Counted from the stretch's first letter, positions 1 to 8,683 are shown. The stretch: 26,886 nt of DNA from a virus (IMGVR_UViG_3300012942_000037:77245-104130), one strand, 5' to 3'. Notes: generated by a model from the sequence alone, not told the origin. A program made the numbers and translations.

Positions 1-210
1 TCGCTCAAATCATTCATTCAATCGCTTGGTCGTCAAAATCGAAGAGATTTCGTGGAGGAGATCCACCCTAACTTTCGCAAAGATTTCGCAGAGAACCTAC
101 TAGCAGATTTCGCACAGAATCGTGAAGATTTGATCTTCACGAGAACCTCCAGAACTCATGAACTTCTGATTCAATTCGTTCGATCAGAGTCTCCTTTCTC
201 CAAAGGCTAA
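1..210 (+). CDS. 3' end of an upstream hypothetical protein (partial)
   Basis: Frame 1 is open from base 1 (SLKSFIQSLG...SPFSKG) to TAA at 208-210. Confidence 0.7.
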   Translation, partial: SLKSFIQSLGRQNRRDFVEEIHPNFRKDFAENLLADFAQNREDLIFTRTSRTHELLIQFVRSESPFSKG

Positions 211-297
211 CTATTGGTAGTTCTGTCAATTCAAACATATTGAAGAACTGGTGACCATTCATGTAGAGTGGTCAGGATACTAACAAGGAGATCCCCT

Positions 298-561
298 GTG
301 GGAAAGCATTACAATGACAACGGTCGTGACATTCGCAAGCGTGGATTAGCCATCGAAGTCAAGCCAGCTCACAATCCAGAGCAGGCATTAAGGAACCTGG
401 ATAGTGCTATGAAGACGCTCAAGCGTCGCACCGTTCAGGAAGGTCTGATCCGAGATCTGCGTCGTAAGGAATACGCAGAAACTAAAGGTCAGATTCGCCG
501 TAAGAAGCGGCAGGAAGCCATTCGTCGCCAGAAGAAAAAGAATCGTCAGCCTGCGTTCTAA
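298..561 (+). CDS. rpsU: phage-encoded ribosomal protein bS21 homolog
   Basis: bS21-like pattern IEV...LDSAMKTLKRRTVQEGLIRDLRRKEYAETKGQIRRKKRQEAIRR. GTG at 298 has SD AAGGAGA 6 nt upstream, so it is preferred over the track start at 268. Confidence 0.85.
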   Translation: MGKHYNDNGRDIRKRGLAIEVKPAHNPEQALRNLDSAMKTLKRRTVQEGLIRDLRRKEYAETKGQIRRKKRQEAIRRQKKKNRQPAF

Positions 562-911
562 TGTTACCAGGTCCTGATCTGGATGCTGACATCGCTCGCA
601 AGATCCTTGGTGTTGTGGTGATTTTTGATTCAGATACTGGTGAATATCAGTTAAGGGATCTGGATAATCGGAAGATGGTTCCTCTTCCTCCGTATTCCAC
701 TAATACGGTTACGGCTCATCAATTGATCAGTAAATACAAAGCTGTAGGTTGTACCTTTGCTATTACGGCTAATCCGGATGGAACGTGGATGGTTAGTGTA
801 AGTCATCCACAACTTTCTGGAGTAAACTTTGGAGCAAATGGTCAGACTTTACCCCATGCGATATGTCAGGCGATCCTACAGTTCAACAACTTATTCAAAT
901 TATCGAGGTGA
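561..911 (+). CDS. phage ABA-sandwich-like domain protein
   Basis: LDADIARKILG ... PPYSTN..TAHQL ... GQTLPHAICQAIL resembles the Phage_ABA_S/BC1872 family; start overlaps the bS21 stop. Confidence 0.6.
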   Translation: MLPGPDLDADIARKILGVVVIFDSDTGEYQLRDLDNRKMVPLPPYSTNTVTAHQLISKYKAVGCTFAITANPDGTWMVSVSHPQLSGVNFGANGQTLPHAICQAILQFNNLFKLSR

Positions 912-915
912 TACC

Positions 916-1032
916 ATGTTCGATTTCGTATTCGGTGCCGCAGTTGGTCTGATTGTTGGTTGGAACTTCCTTCCTCAGCCAGCTTTCATTGCTGATAAGG
1001 TAGCAGCTATCCGCGCCAAGCTAGGCTTCTAA
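916..1032 (+). CDS. 38-aa small membrane protein
   Basis: SD GAGGTG then ATG at 916; hydrophobic MFDFVFGAAVGLIVGWNFL; followed by a terminator. Confidence 0.7.
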   Translation: MFDFVFGAAVGLIVGWNFLPQPAFIADKVAAIRAKLGF

Positions 1033-1040
1033 GCCAAACG

Positions 1041-1068
1041 AAAGAGCGGGGATCAAACCCCGCTCTTT
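1041..1068 (+). terminator. intrinsic terminator (possibly bidirectional)
   Basis: AAAGAGCGGGG-ATCAAA-CCCCGCTCTTT perfect hairpin. Confidence 0.8.
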
Positions 1069-1094
1069 CTATGAGTGGTTAACTCCTAATCGCG

Positions 1095-1101
1095 CTAAAT
1101 A
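1095..1101 (+). promoter_or_regulatory. T4-type late promoter CTAAATA
   Basis: Lies upstream of the structural-like gene at 1135; the motif recurs upstream of other genes at least 8 times in the window. Confidence 0.65.
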
Positions 1102-1134
1102 GATTGAAACGATTTCCCGATTTGGAGGAACCTC

Positions 1135-1956
1135 ATGTCACAACTAAAAGCAAAACAGCTCAAGCTCTCGGCAGCGGGCGATCTACTGATCGGTGGTACG
1201 GGCGGAACCGGTGCTGCTCTTACTGTAGGGGCTTCTGGTAAAGTCCTCAAGAGCTCTGGAACCGCACCAGCTTGGTCTGATAATGATAATATTGAGTCTG
1301 CGAATGGTTTCAATAGTGTAACGGCTACCGACGATACTGGTGTTACTGTTGCGGTTCAGAATTCAGATGCTTCCGCTGCTACGACTCTAGCTACTTTTAC
1401 CGCTGGTCCAGCTTCCGATGAAGCTTTTGCTTTTAGCAGCGCGGCAGGCGCGGTAACCATTGCTGCTACTGGATCGACGGCGAATGTTGACCTTATTCTA
1501 GCAGCCCAGGGCACTGGTGATGTGGTCATCGGTAGCGAGGGTGGTGGCATTATCCAGGCTGATGATGGTGAAGACCTCCAGCTACTTGGTGGCACTGGTT
1601 CGGGTAACCTGCTCCTAAACGGTGGTGGCACGGGTAAGGTCTATTATGGTAGTGATTCTTCGGATGCTACTCTAGAGGTAGCAACGGTTGGTGGTGTGAC
1701 GACAGCGGTGAATGCTGCTAAGTTGACTCCAGCCCGTAAGGAGTTCGCAGGTGATGCGACCTTTACCCTAGATGCTAATACGGTTGCTGATTCCATTATC
1801 GCTTACATCAATGGCATCCTGATTGAGGAAGACTATTACGTCTATACCGCCGGAACCCAGACTATTGCGTTCACTGGTGGTACCGATGCTCTTCCATACG
1901 ACCTGGATTCGGTTGATCAGGTAGTTTTCACCTACGAGACTTCGGCAGCCGCCTAA
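1135..1956 (+). CDS. putative virion structural protein (G/A/T-rich beta-strand repeats; tail-fibre or decoration-like)
   Basis: SD GGAGG, late promoter, Gly/Ala/Thr-rich repeats, C-terminal IIAYINGILI..YVY...VVFTY beta domain typical of large-phage structural proteins. Confidence 0.6.
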   Translation: MSQLKAKQLKLSAAGDLLIGGTGGTGAALTVGASGKVLKSSGTAPAWSDNDNIESANGFNSVTATDDTGVTVAVQNSDASAATTLATFTAGPASDEAFAFSSAAGAVTIAATGSTANVDLILAAQGTGDVVIGSEGGGIIQADDGEDLQLLGGTGSGNLLLNGGGTGKVYYGSDSSDATLEVATVGGVTTAVNAAKLTPARKEFAGDATFTLDANTVADSIIAYINGILIEEDYYVYTAGTQTIAFTGGTDALPYDLDSVDQVVFTYETSAAA

Positions 1957-1965
1957 GCCTGATTA

Positions 1966-1994
1966 GTGACACCCTCCGCCTATTATACTAGAAT
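1966..1994 (+). promoter_or_regulatory. sigma70-type promoter
   Basis: GTGACA-N17-TAGAAT; overlapped by inverted repeat ACCCTCCGC (1971-79)/GCGGAGGGT (2009-17). Confidence 0.5.
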
Positions 1995-2000
1995 TGGTCT

Positions 2001-2162
2001 AGTGATAAGCGGAGGGTTCTGGTTCCCCTTCATCGGTGCTGCGGTTTCGATGAAGCGCAATCACAAAGAGGTTGTGTAACTGGATCGCTTGAAACCAGAT
2101 CCGGCGCTAGAAGCTGGAGCGATATTGTAGAACCTCTGGCGGGCCTTTGTGCCCGCCTTTTT
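2001..2162 (+). ncRNA. candidate multi-branched structured RNA
   Basis: Lies between a promoter and a terminator with no SD-led ORF. Stems: GGGTTCT/AGAACCT, CTTCATCG/CGATGAAG, GCAAT/ATTGT, CACAA/TTGTG, CTGGATC/GATCCGG. Confidence 0.5.
2138..2162 (+). terminator. intrinsic terminator
   Basis: GGCGGGC-CTTTGT-GCCCGCC followed by TTTTT. Confidence 0.85.
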
Positions 2163-2240
2163 CATGATTTCTATTTTGACGTTCTGGGTCACCAGAGTTC
2201 ATAAACATCACATCAACAACGATAACAGATCACCGATAAG

Positions 2241-3125
2241 GTGGCAGAGGTGTTTATGACAAAGGGGCAAGATCCCAGCCATTTAGTGGCAGTTGGATGT
2301 GAATTTGCCATTGGAAGTGATGGATCCAAGTATTGGATCAAGCGGAGTGATTTCCCCGCAGAGGTCCGTAATAGCAATCCAGCTGACATTAAGGAGTGGG
2401 TGGCGTCGCAACGCCAGCTCTACGGATCAGATCACGTAAAGGCGTGGCAGATCTTTCGCGAAGCCAAATCAGGCGGGGTGTATCAGCTCAATAAGTTCCG
2501 TTTTAGACCAACAAAGAGGGATGGTAGATACATTCCATTCTATGGTCCTGATCTTCAGCGCAAGCATTATGACACTCGCAATGATCGCAGAGACACTATT
2601 AAGACTGAGAACTTCAAGGTTCTCAGCCTGATTTATCACGGAAGTTTTGACTCACCACTTACCTGTATTCGATCATCCTGTGGTAATCGCTTGGTTGGTC
2701 ACACTGACCTAGGTATGCGGATTCGAGGAATTGATGGTGATCTACACCACATTCTGGTCTGGGAAAATAAGAGTCTCGCGAAAGCAGATAAAGATCCTTC
2801 CAAGCTGCTGGAGTCTTGTGATCTGTTTAATGGTTCCAATCTGGCCAGTCAGGAGGTTGTGAACGAGCTAAAGCAATGTGCTCCTTTCTGTGACAACTGT
2901 CATGGCCGCCGCCACAAGGCAATGTATGACCGTAACCCTGACACGGCGCATGGTGACTTCAGTGACTATTTGGAGGAAGGAGACATTCCATTCTATCTTC
3001 AGAGTCAAGAGAATTATGACTTTGTTGATACTGAGCTCCAAACATTGGGATATCCCCCAGCCGAGCCAATGTGTGACGCCCTCGCGCGTCTCTTCCTCCC
3101 CGAGAATCTCAAACTACTGATCTAA
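2241..3125 (+). CDS. HNH-family endonuclease (putative free-standing homing endonuclease)
   Basis: C-x4-CG ... DLHHI ... ELKQCAPFCDNCHGRRH His-Me finger pattern. Confidence 0.6.
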   Translation: MAEVFMTKGQDPSHLVAVGCEFAIGSDGSKYWIKRSDFPAEVRNSNPADIKEWVASQRQLYGSDHVKAWQIFREAKSGGVYQLNKFRFRPTKRDGRYIPFYGPDLQRKHYDTRNDRRDTIKTENFKVLSLIYHGSFDSPLTCIRSSCGNRLVGHTDLGMRIRGIDGDLHHILVWENKSLAKADKDPSKLLESCDLFNGSNLASQEVVNELKQCAPFCDNCHGRRHKAMYDRNPDTAHGDFSDYLEEGDIPFYLQSQENYDFVDTELQTLGYPPAEPMCDALARLFLPENLKLLI

Positions 3126-3131
3126 CGGATA

Positions 3132-3160
3132 TTGATTCCACCTACCAACACCGCTAAGTA
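3132..3160 (+). promoter_or_regulatory. early sigma70-type promoter
   Basis: TTGATT-N15-GCTAAGTA; a near-identical GCTAAGTAG element occurs in the promoter at 4467-4496. Confidence 0.6.
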
Positions 3161-3181
3161 GGAAGCCAACGAGGAGTTCAC

Positions 3182-3475
3182 ATGTCTACTGACCTTTCAA
3201 CTGATACCCTGACCAAGCTGAAGGTGCCGAGCCTTTACAAGGTGATCCTACTGAATGACGATTACACGCCAATGGATTTCGTCATGCAGGTTTTGGAAGA
3301 GATCTTCAATAAGACCGCAGCACAGGCACAGGCACTCTGTATGGAAGTTCATCAGGCAGGCCGTGGTATTGCGGGCATCTACAGCAAGGAAGTGGCTGAG
3401 CAGAAAGTCTACGAGGTCAATACCGTGGCTCGTTCTTATCGTCATCCACTGAAGACGATCGCCGAAGTCGCCTAA
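3182..3475 (+). CDS. clpS: ATP-dependent Clp protease adaptor ClpS
   Basis: YKVILLNDDYTPMDFVMQVL...EVH..GRGIAGIYSKEVAEQKV; N-degron pocket NDD and His retained; SD GAGGAG. Confidence 0.95.
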   Translation: MSTDLSTDTLTKLKVPSLYKVILLNDDYTPMDFVMQVLEEIFNKTAAQAQALCMEVHQAGRGIAGIYSKEVAEQKVYEVNTVARSYRHPLKTIAEVA

Positions 3476-3479
3476 CCTC

Positions 3480-4058
3480 ATGAATATCACCACCCTTGTA
3501 GATTGGCACCTGGGCAATTACCTCACCTATACTGGCCTGGATCCTGAAATCTTCGATCGTCTTCAGCGGCAAATTGCTGAAGAGCAGGATCTTCAGGATC
3601 GCAAGAATATGGATGGCCATGTGACCTCTAGCTTCCTCTTGTTGGATCCTAGCCTGACTAAGGTTCTAATGATCCACCATAAGGGGTTCGATAAGTGGCT
3701 TTGCCCTGGTGGTCATTATGAAGGTAATGTGACACCTCGTAAGAGTGCTCTTCGAGAGCTAACTGAAGAGACTGGCTACCCGGCTGATAAGGTCGCCTAT
3801 TTTGATCATATGGGCTATCTACCCCTAGACGTTGATACTCATGAGATTCCAGCCCGTCCAGATAAGGGTGAGGGTGATCATTGGCACCATGACTTCCTCT
3901 ATTTGGGTGTTCCTCTTCCTGATGAGGAACTGACTCATCAGGAAGAGGAAGTTCATGGTGTGAAGTGGATCAGTATTCGTGATGCGATGGATCTACCCGA
4001 TACGAGGGTTCGTCGCCTCATGGATAAGGTTACCAAGGTTCTTCAGCAATCCAAATAA
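3480..4058 (+). CDS. Nudix hydrolase
   Basis: GHVTSS..LL...VLMIHHKGFDKWLCPGGHYE...ALRELTEETG Nudix box; HWHHDFLY. Confidence 0.9.
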   Translation: MNITTLVDWHLGNYLTYTGLDPEIFDRLQRQIAEEQDLQDRKNMDGHVTSSFLLLDPSLTKVLMIHHKGFDKWLCPGGHYEGNVTPRKSALRELTEETGYPADKVAYFDHMGYLPLDVDTHEIPARPDKGEGDHWHHDFLYLGVPLPDEELTHQEEEVHGVKWISIRDAMDLPDTRVRRLMDKVTKVLQQSK

Positions 4059-4093
4059 TGACAACTAGGTGGCCCACAAGTTAAGTTGGGTCT

Positions 4094-4462
4094 ATGATAG
4101 CATTATGGTTGATGGCTGGCCTTCTGGTCAAGCACTTCATTTTCGATTTTCCACTCCAGACTCAGAAGATGGTTGAGGAGAAAGGGATCTACCTCAAAGA
4201 GGGCGGTCTTGAGCATAGCTACCTTCATGCCTTTGGTACCTTTGTTGTGTTGCTTCTAGCTGGTTTTCAAATGGATATAGCCCTCCTAGCAAGCACGATT
4301 GACTTCTCCTTTCATTACCATATTGACTACTGGAAGAGCAAACTTTGTAAGAAGTTCAAGCTGACACCCGAGAATAAATGGTTCTGGTCAGCTCTTGGTT
4401 TTGATCAACTTCTACATGGTCTGACCTACATTCTTATAATCCATTTTGTGCTATCCAATTAG
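4094..4462 (+). CDS. DUF3307-like membrane protein
   Basis: KHFIFDFPLQT..M...KG ... H..LH ... HYHIDYWK ... LGFDQLLH pattern with hydrophobic segments. Confidence 0.8.
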   Translation: MIALWLMAGLLVKHFIFDFPLQTQKMVEEKGIYLKEGGLEHSYLHAFGTFVVLLLAGFQMDIALLASTIDFSFHYHIDYWKSKLCKKFKLTPENKWFWSALGFDQLLHGLTYILIIHFVLSN

Positions 4463-4560
4463 AATCTTGATTTCTATGATCCATATCTGCTAAGTAGAAG
4501 TGTCACAAGGGATGGCCTTTGTGATAAGCCCTACAAGTCGGTAGGCAGTGGAGAAATAGA

Positions 4561-5448
4561 ATGAAAACGAGTAACCACTCGTACGAGCTCAATCTGCTCG
4601 TCAAAAATCGCCCAATCACCGAATATGAACACGAAGGCAACATCTTCGTAGAGGGCCGCAAAGGTTCCGAGTTCGAGGTGGAATTCAAGAATAAGACGAG
4701 TAAACGGGTGCTCGTCGTTCCTAGCGTAGATGGTAAGAGCGTCTTAGACGGTCAGCCAGCTACTCCTGACAGCAAAGGTTACATCGTAGGGCCTTGGGGA
4801 TCAATAAGGATTCCTGGTTGGACCCTTGATGACAGCAATGTCGCAAAGTTCACCTTTGAAGACAAGGAGAAGAGCTACGCTGTACAGATGGCTGACGATG
4901 CTACTCAGGTTCAGAGTGGTGTCATTGGTGTAATGGTCTACAGTGAGGTTGAGAAGCCTAAGCCTGTTGAGCATATTCATCATTATTATCCGCCAGTGAC
5001 CTATCCGCCATCTAATCCATGGAAGCCTTGGTCTCCGTGGGTTCCACGTTATCCAGATCCTTTCTGGTGTGGGTCGTCAATTAACCAACTTGATAGTGTG
5101 CCTCTAAGCACATCCGATACCAAATCGATGATGCGTGGCACGTCTATGAATGCTACTACCCAATCTTCAGCCTCGCTGAATGCTCAGGGCAACGTAGTGA
5201 GCAACGCCCCACCCATTGAGAATGCCTTTGAGATGGGTGCCGGTTTTGGTGAAAAGGCAGATTTCAAGACACGTGAGTCAGAATTCAAACGTGATAAGGT
5301 AGTCGCCACCATGCTCCTCTACTATGATAGCCGCCGCAATCTAGAGAAGCGAGGGATTGAGGTGGTAAAGCGTGAAATTCATGCGACCGCTTTACCGCAG
5401 GCATTCAGTGGTGTTGGTTGTACTCCGCCACCTGGTTGGCAAGGTTAA
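4561..5448 (+). CDS. conserved hypothetical protein (beta-rich N-domain, Pro/Trp-rich linker)
   Basis: Long ORF with SD GGAG and its own promoter (4467-4496); FEVEFKNKTSKRVLVVPSVDGKSVLDG resembles a conserved uncharacterised family. Confidence 0.75.
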   Translation: MKTSNHSYELNLLVKNRPITEYEHEGNIFVEGRKGSEFEVEFKNKTSKRVLVVPSVDGKSVLDGQPATPDSKGYIVGPWGSIRIPGWTLDDSNVAKFTFEDKEKSYAVQMADDATQVQSGVIGVMVYSEVEKPKPVEHIHHYYPPVTYPPSNPWKPWSPWVPRYPDPFWCGSSINQLDSVPLSTSDTKSMMRGTSMNATTQSSASLNAQGNVVSNAPPIENAFEMGAGFGEKADFKTRESEFKRDKVVATMLLYYDSRRNLEKRGIEVVKREIHATALPQAFSGVGCTPPPGWQG

Positions 5449-5513
5449 ATTGAAAGTCTGACCCTATATCCGCTATCTTGGAGTGAAGGTAACTTGACCC
5501 AAGATAGCGTGAT

Positions 5514-5738
5514 ATGATGTATCAGATAGACGACCTGACGCTTGATCAGATCAACCTCATAGCCCTGGCTATGGATTATTTTGTCTGTAATTGCCCCAAT
5601 AATCCAGTGAAGACCCAGGCGGAAGACCTGTTTAGCTATCTGGATAGCTTGGTTGAATCCATAGAGGAATCAATAACCTCACCAGTCGTAACCCAGACGG
5701 ATAACCTAATCATAGTCGACTTCAATCCAAAAGATTGA
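5514..5738 (+). CDS. small acidic hypothetical protein
   Basis: 74-aa ORF fills the gap between 4561 and the next promoter. Confidence 0.65.
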   Translation: MMYQIDDLTLDQINLIALAMDYFVCNCPNNPVKTQAEDLFSYLDSLVESIEESITSPVVTQTDNLIIVDFNPKD

Positions 5739-5749
5739 TCAGAGGTGTG

Positions 5750-5787
5750 AAAAAGTGCTTGACGCTTTCACCTTTCTATCCTAGACC
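5750..5787 (+). promoter_or_regulatory. strong stable-RNA-type promoter
   Basis: AAAAAGTGCTTGACG (identical 15-mer at 25749-25763), then N16 and CTAGAC. Confidence 0.7.
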
Positions 5788-5799
5788 AATGATACGGCG

Positions 5800-5877
5800 A
5801 CGATAGCGCGCAACGATAGGGCATAGAAGTTAGGCGACGGTCTAGCAGTTCAGCCCAACAATAGCGCGCAACAATAG
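5800..5877 (+). repeat. two 20-nt direct repeats ACRATAGCGCGCAACRATAG
   Basis: 5800-5819 and 5858-5877 are 18/20 identical; each holds two ACRATAG heptamers. Confidence 0.85.
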
Positions 5878-5900
5878 CCACCTAGATTTGGAGGGGTGAC

Positions 5901-5963
5901 GTGGGCATTAAGTTGTCGGGTCACAGAGTTTCCGATGCCGTCGAGTTTACTCCGGCTCACTAG
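5901..5963 (+). CDS. putative 20-aa microprotein MGIKLSGHRVSDAVEFTPAH
   Basis: GGAGG 6 nt before GTG at 5901; TAG abuts the terminator; the only SD-led ORF in this promoter-terminator unit; below the ORF-track cutoff. Confidence 0.5.
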   Translation: MGIKLSGHRVSDAVEFTPAH

Positions 5964-5994
5964 ACCCCGGAGGGCAACCTCCGGGGTCTTTTTT
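5962..5994 (+). terminator. intrinsic terminator
   Basis: AGACCCCGGAGG-GCAA-CCTCCGGGGTCT plus T run. Confidence 0.9.
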
Positions 5995-6049
5995 CACTTG
6001 AAACATTGGCTACTGGTGTTAAGCCGGTCCAGACACTAAAGGAGCTCTT

Positions 6050-7711
6050 ATGAAACTCACTGACAGTCCTTTTCAGAAGGGCCTTTTCATGAAGGTTCCT
6101 AAGGGCACTGAGCTACAGATTCCTTGGTGCTATGATCATATCAACTCCAATAGTAAGACCTCGCGCGATGTGATTGTAGAAATCAGCAGCGTCCAGATTC
6201 CACAGCATAGCATCTTCCTCACACCCGAGGAGACTGCCGAGCAAGAACGCCTTCTCGAGGCTATTCCTCAAGCCAACCATGATCTATATCAGCGGCTTCC
6301 TAAGCACATTGTGAGCTATCCAGGCCGAAGCCCCGGCTCAGCCACATATGATCGGGAAGAACTAACGCCGGAAGCCAAACAGGAATATGATAAAGCCTGT
6401 CATGCGGGTTACAGAGAACAGAATCGGATCCACGCTCACTATCAGGCGATTGCCGAGGCCCGTATCACTGCTGATGATCTGCTTGTCGGCTGGTCCAATA
6501 ATTCCAAATGGGCACTAGCCAAGGATGTTGAACTTGCGGAGAAGCCAGAGGTTCGCAAGAAGCAACCCAAGGTTAATCTGCGCCAACAGATGGTTCCAAA
6601 GTCACGTTGGAAGGTGACCAAAGATACTGATATCATCTATGGTGCCCCTAATCCAGCCTATCATGCTGCTATTGATGCTTGGGACAAAGCTAACCCTCGT
6701 CCTAACAATTACCAAGGGAACACAGCGGCCCAGCGCACCGCTTGGGATGCCGCCTATAAGACCTGGCACCAAGGTTTTGAAGCTAATCGTGATGCTGCCG
6801 AGAAAGCTCATGGGAAATATCTACCTACAGTGTATGCCGGCCTAAAGGCTGGAGACATCTTCACAGTCATAGGGAAGTTCATAAGTTATTGGCATCCGTA
6901 TGGTTGGGATGGTGAGCATTATACCAATGTGGCGCCTTGTTTGCTTGATGGTGAGACCAATGAGGTTGGCCTTGAATACAGCATGATCAAGGATGTCATC
7001 GAAGTTGAGAGCATTCCGGTGGTGAAATCATTCGTGCTGCGCCATCGATCAACTGGTCAATATTATAAGTCTAGTAACTATGATGAACCGAGATCAGCGG
7101 AACATGTTGAAACATTCATGAAGGGTAAGAAGTGGGACAATATCGGTAAGGCCAAGACTAGCATCCTTATTATGACTGGCTATTACGAGGGTTTACCAGG
7201 CGCTGATGAAGCCCTACCGGAATGGGGTGGTGCTATCTCGATGTCTGCTGAGCAACTTCGTGAATATGATCTGGTGGAGTTCAACAAACTCGATCGCGCG
7301 GAAGTCGGTGTGGTAGCAGACTTCCAGGAATGGTTCGATCGGTCCTGGCAGCTTCGAGAACTCACGATGAAATATGGCTCCTCGGTGCGCACCGTATATA
7401 AGGCACTCGAGAAGGCTAAGATGCTTGAAACCCAATCGGGTGTCGCAGTTTTCACAGTTACTGATCAGAACGCCCTGGATAAGGTGAGCTATTGGGGTGA
7501 TCGCACCGCACTTACCGATGATGATAAGGAAGAGATCAAGCGGGCCCTGATCAGCGTGAAGGGTAAATTCAAGCACGCTATTGATCACAAATCGGCTGCG
7601 GTATCTTTCCCCAATAAGGGAGCCGCAATGATGTTTAAGCTCGCGTATAATGGTAACCTCAAGGTCAGTGTTATTGACCTCAATGATATGAAGGAAGCGG
7701 TTGGTGACTGA
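6050..7711 (+). CDS. large hypothetical protein (553 aa)
   Basis: SD AAGGAG, long ORF, ends with AAVSFPNKGAAMMFKLAY motif. Confidence 0.85.
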   Translation: MKLTDSPFQKGLFMKVPKGTELQIPWCYDHINSNSKTSRDVIVEISSVQIPQHSIFLTPEETAEQERLLEAIPQANHDLYQRLPKHIVSYPGRSPGSATYDREELTPEAKQEYDKACHAGYREQNRIHAHYQAIAEARITADDLLVGWSNNSKWALAKDVELAEKPEVRKKQPKVNLRQQMVPKSRWKVTKDTDIIYGAPNPAYHAAIDAWDKANPRPNNYQGNTAAQRTAWDAAYKTWHQGFEANRDAAEKAHGKYLPTVYAGLKAGDIFTVIGKFISYWHPYGWDGEHYTNVAPCLLDGETNEVGLEYSMIKDVIEVESIPVVKSFVLRHRSTGQYYKSSNYDEPRSAEHVETFMKGKKWDNIGKAKTSILIMTGYYEGLPGADEALPEWGGAISMSAEQLREYDLVEFNKLDRAEVGVVADFQEWFDRSWQLRELTMKYGSSVRTVYKALEKAKMLETQSGVAVFTVTDQNALDKVSYWGDRTALTDDDKEEIKRALISVKGKFKHAIDHKSAAVSFPNKGAAMMFKLAYNGNLKVSVIDLNDMKEAVGD

Positions 7712-8147
7712 TATCAAATATACCCAAGCTGGCGTTCATTTTGGTGACAGCGGTTTCGTTCTATGGGAAGAGCTGCTGGAAGTTCATCAGAGTTTCAAGT
7801 TCGCCAATAGTGTTTTGGTCAAGGTAGGCTTCCAGTATGGTCGGGTCTCTGACATTTACGATGAGGGAATCTACGATCGCGCTAAGTGGGCCAAGATTAA
7901 GGCCGCTCTCGAGGGCACTACTGCCTACTTCAGTGACTTCGCGGGCAAGCATAGCCAGACAGATGTGAAGTTCTGGTCCAACGTGGATCTCGAGGAGATC
8001 ACCAATCTGGATAAGATCATCGAGTTCCACAAGATCCATGGCATGAGCAACAGCAATCTCGATATCATAGGTGGTGGCCTTGAGCAGGCTGAAGAAAATG
8101 GTGAGATTGATGAGCATTACAACAAGATCAATCAAGATGATGACTGA
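7701..8147 (+). CDS. hypothetical protein
   Basis: GTG start with AAGGA SD, coupled to the upstream gene. Confidence 0.75.
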   Translation: MVTDIKYTQAGVHFGDSGFVLWEELLEVHQSFKFANSVLVKVGFQYGRVSDIYDEGIYDRAKWAKIKAALEGTTAYFSDFAGKHSQTDVKFWSNVDLEEITNLDKIIEFHKIHGMSNSNLDIIGGGLEQAEENGEIDEHYNKINQDDD

Positions 8148-8182
8148 CTAAATATGGGTAGTTAATTGCCTAGAGGTCTGTC

Positions 8183-8626
8183 GTGCGCGCTCGTGAATTA
8201 CTCTTCGAGGATAACCGAAGCAAGATTGAGAAGCTAGAAGAGCTGATTGCTCATCCTGGCACCGAAGAGACCGTTCGCAAGGTAGCACAAAACCGTCTCC
8301 AGCTATTACGGGCTAATATGCCCGTAGTGCCCCGTAGCCGTATCACAGTCGAGACAAACATCCTAGAGGAGCACTTGGATCAGCAATTCCTCACGGGTAT
8401 CACAATGGGGCAGATCTATGAGGGTCTTTGTAGCCTATCTCCAGCACCTAATAGGATTCACTTCCTCCGCCAGGGTCAGATCCAAATGATGGTTCCACCA
8501 CCTATGATGGGTAAGACACGGCAGGAGTATTACGAGGATATCTACAGGGTCTGCCCAGGATCCAAGAATGTCACCGCTCGCATGGTCGAAGGTCAGGGTT
8601 ACTTCTTTGTGATTAGCTACCTCTAA
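8183..8626 (+). CDS. late hypothetical protein with capsid-targeting-like N-terminus (MRARELLFE)
   Basis: CTAAATA at 8148-8154, SD GAGG, GTG start. Confidence 0.75.
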   Translation: MRARELLFEDNRSKIEKLEELIAHPGTEETVRKVAQNRLQLLRANMPVVPRSRITVETNILEEHLDQQFLTGITMGQIYEGLCSLSPAPNRIHFLRQGQIQMMVPPPMMGKTRQEYYEDIYRVCPGSKNVTARMVEGQGYFFVISYL

Positions 8627-8683
8627 TTGGTTGACAGTCTCCTCTACCTATGTTCGTATATAGGTGAAACAAAGGAGAAGTTG

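Noticed and set aside
268-297. Track start for bS21 (similarly 8627, 13565, 14582, 17864, 20703)
   Set aside because: Downstream starts have proper SD spacing, or the track start overlaps promoter elements.
2241-3125. IscB/OMEGA RNA-guided nuclease
   Set aside because: No PLMP or split RuvC motifs; only a His-Me finger is visible.
5789-5806. uORF MIRRR with rare Arg codons (attenuator-like)
   Set aside because: The ATG lies 1-2 nt after the -10 hexamer, upstream of the expected transcription start.
5800-5877. Mini CRISPR array
   Set aside because: Only two 20-nt units, internally tandem rather than palindromic, and no cas genes in the window.
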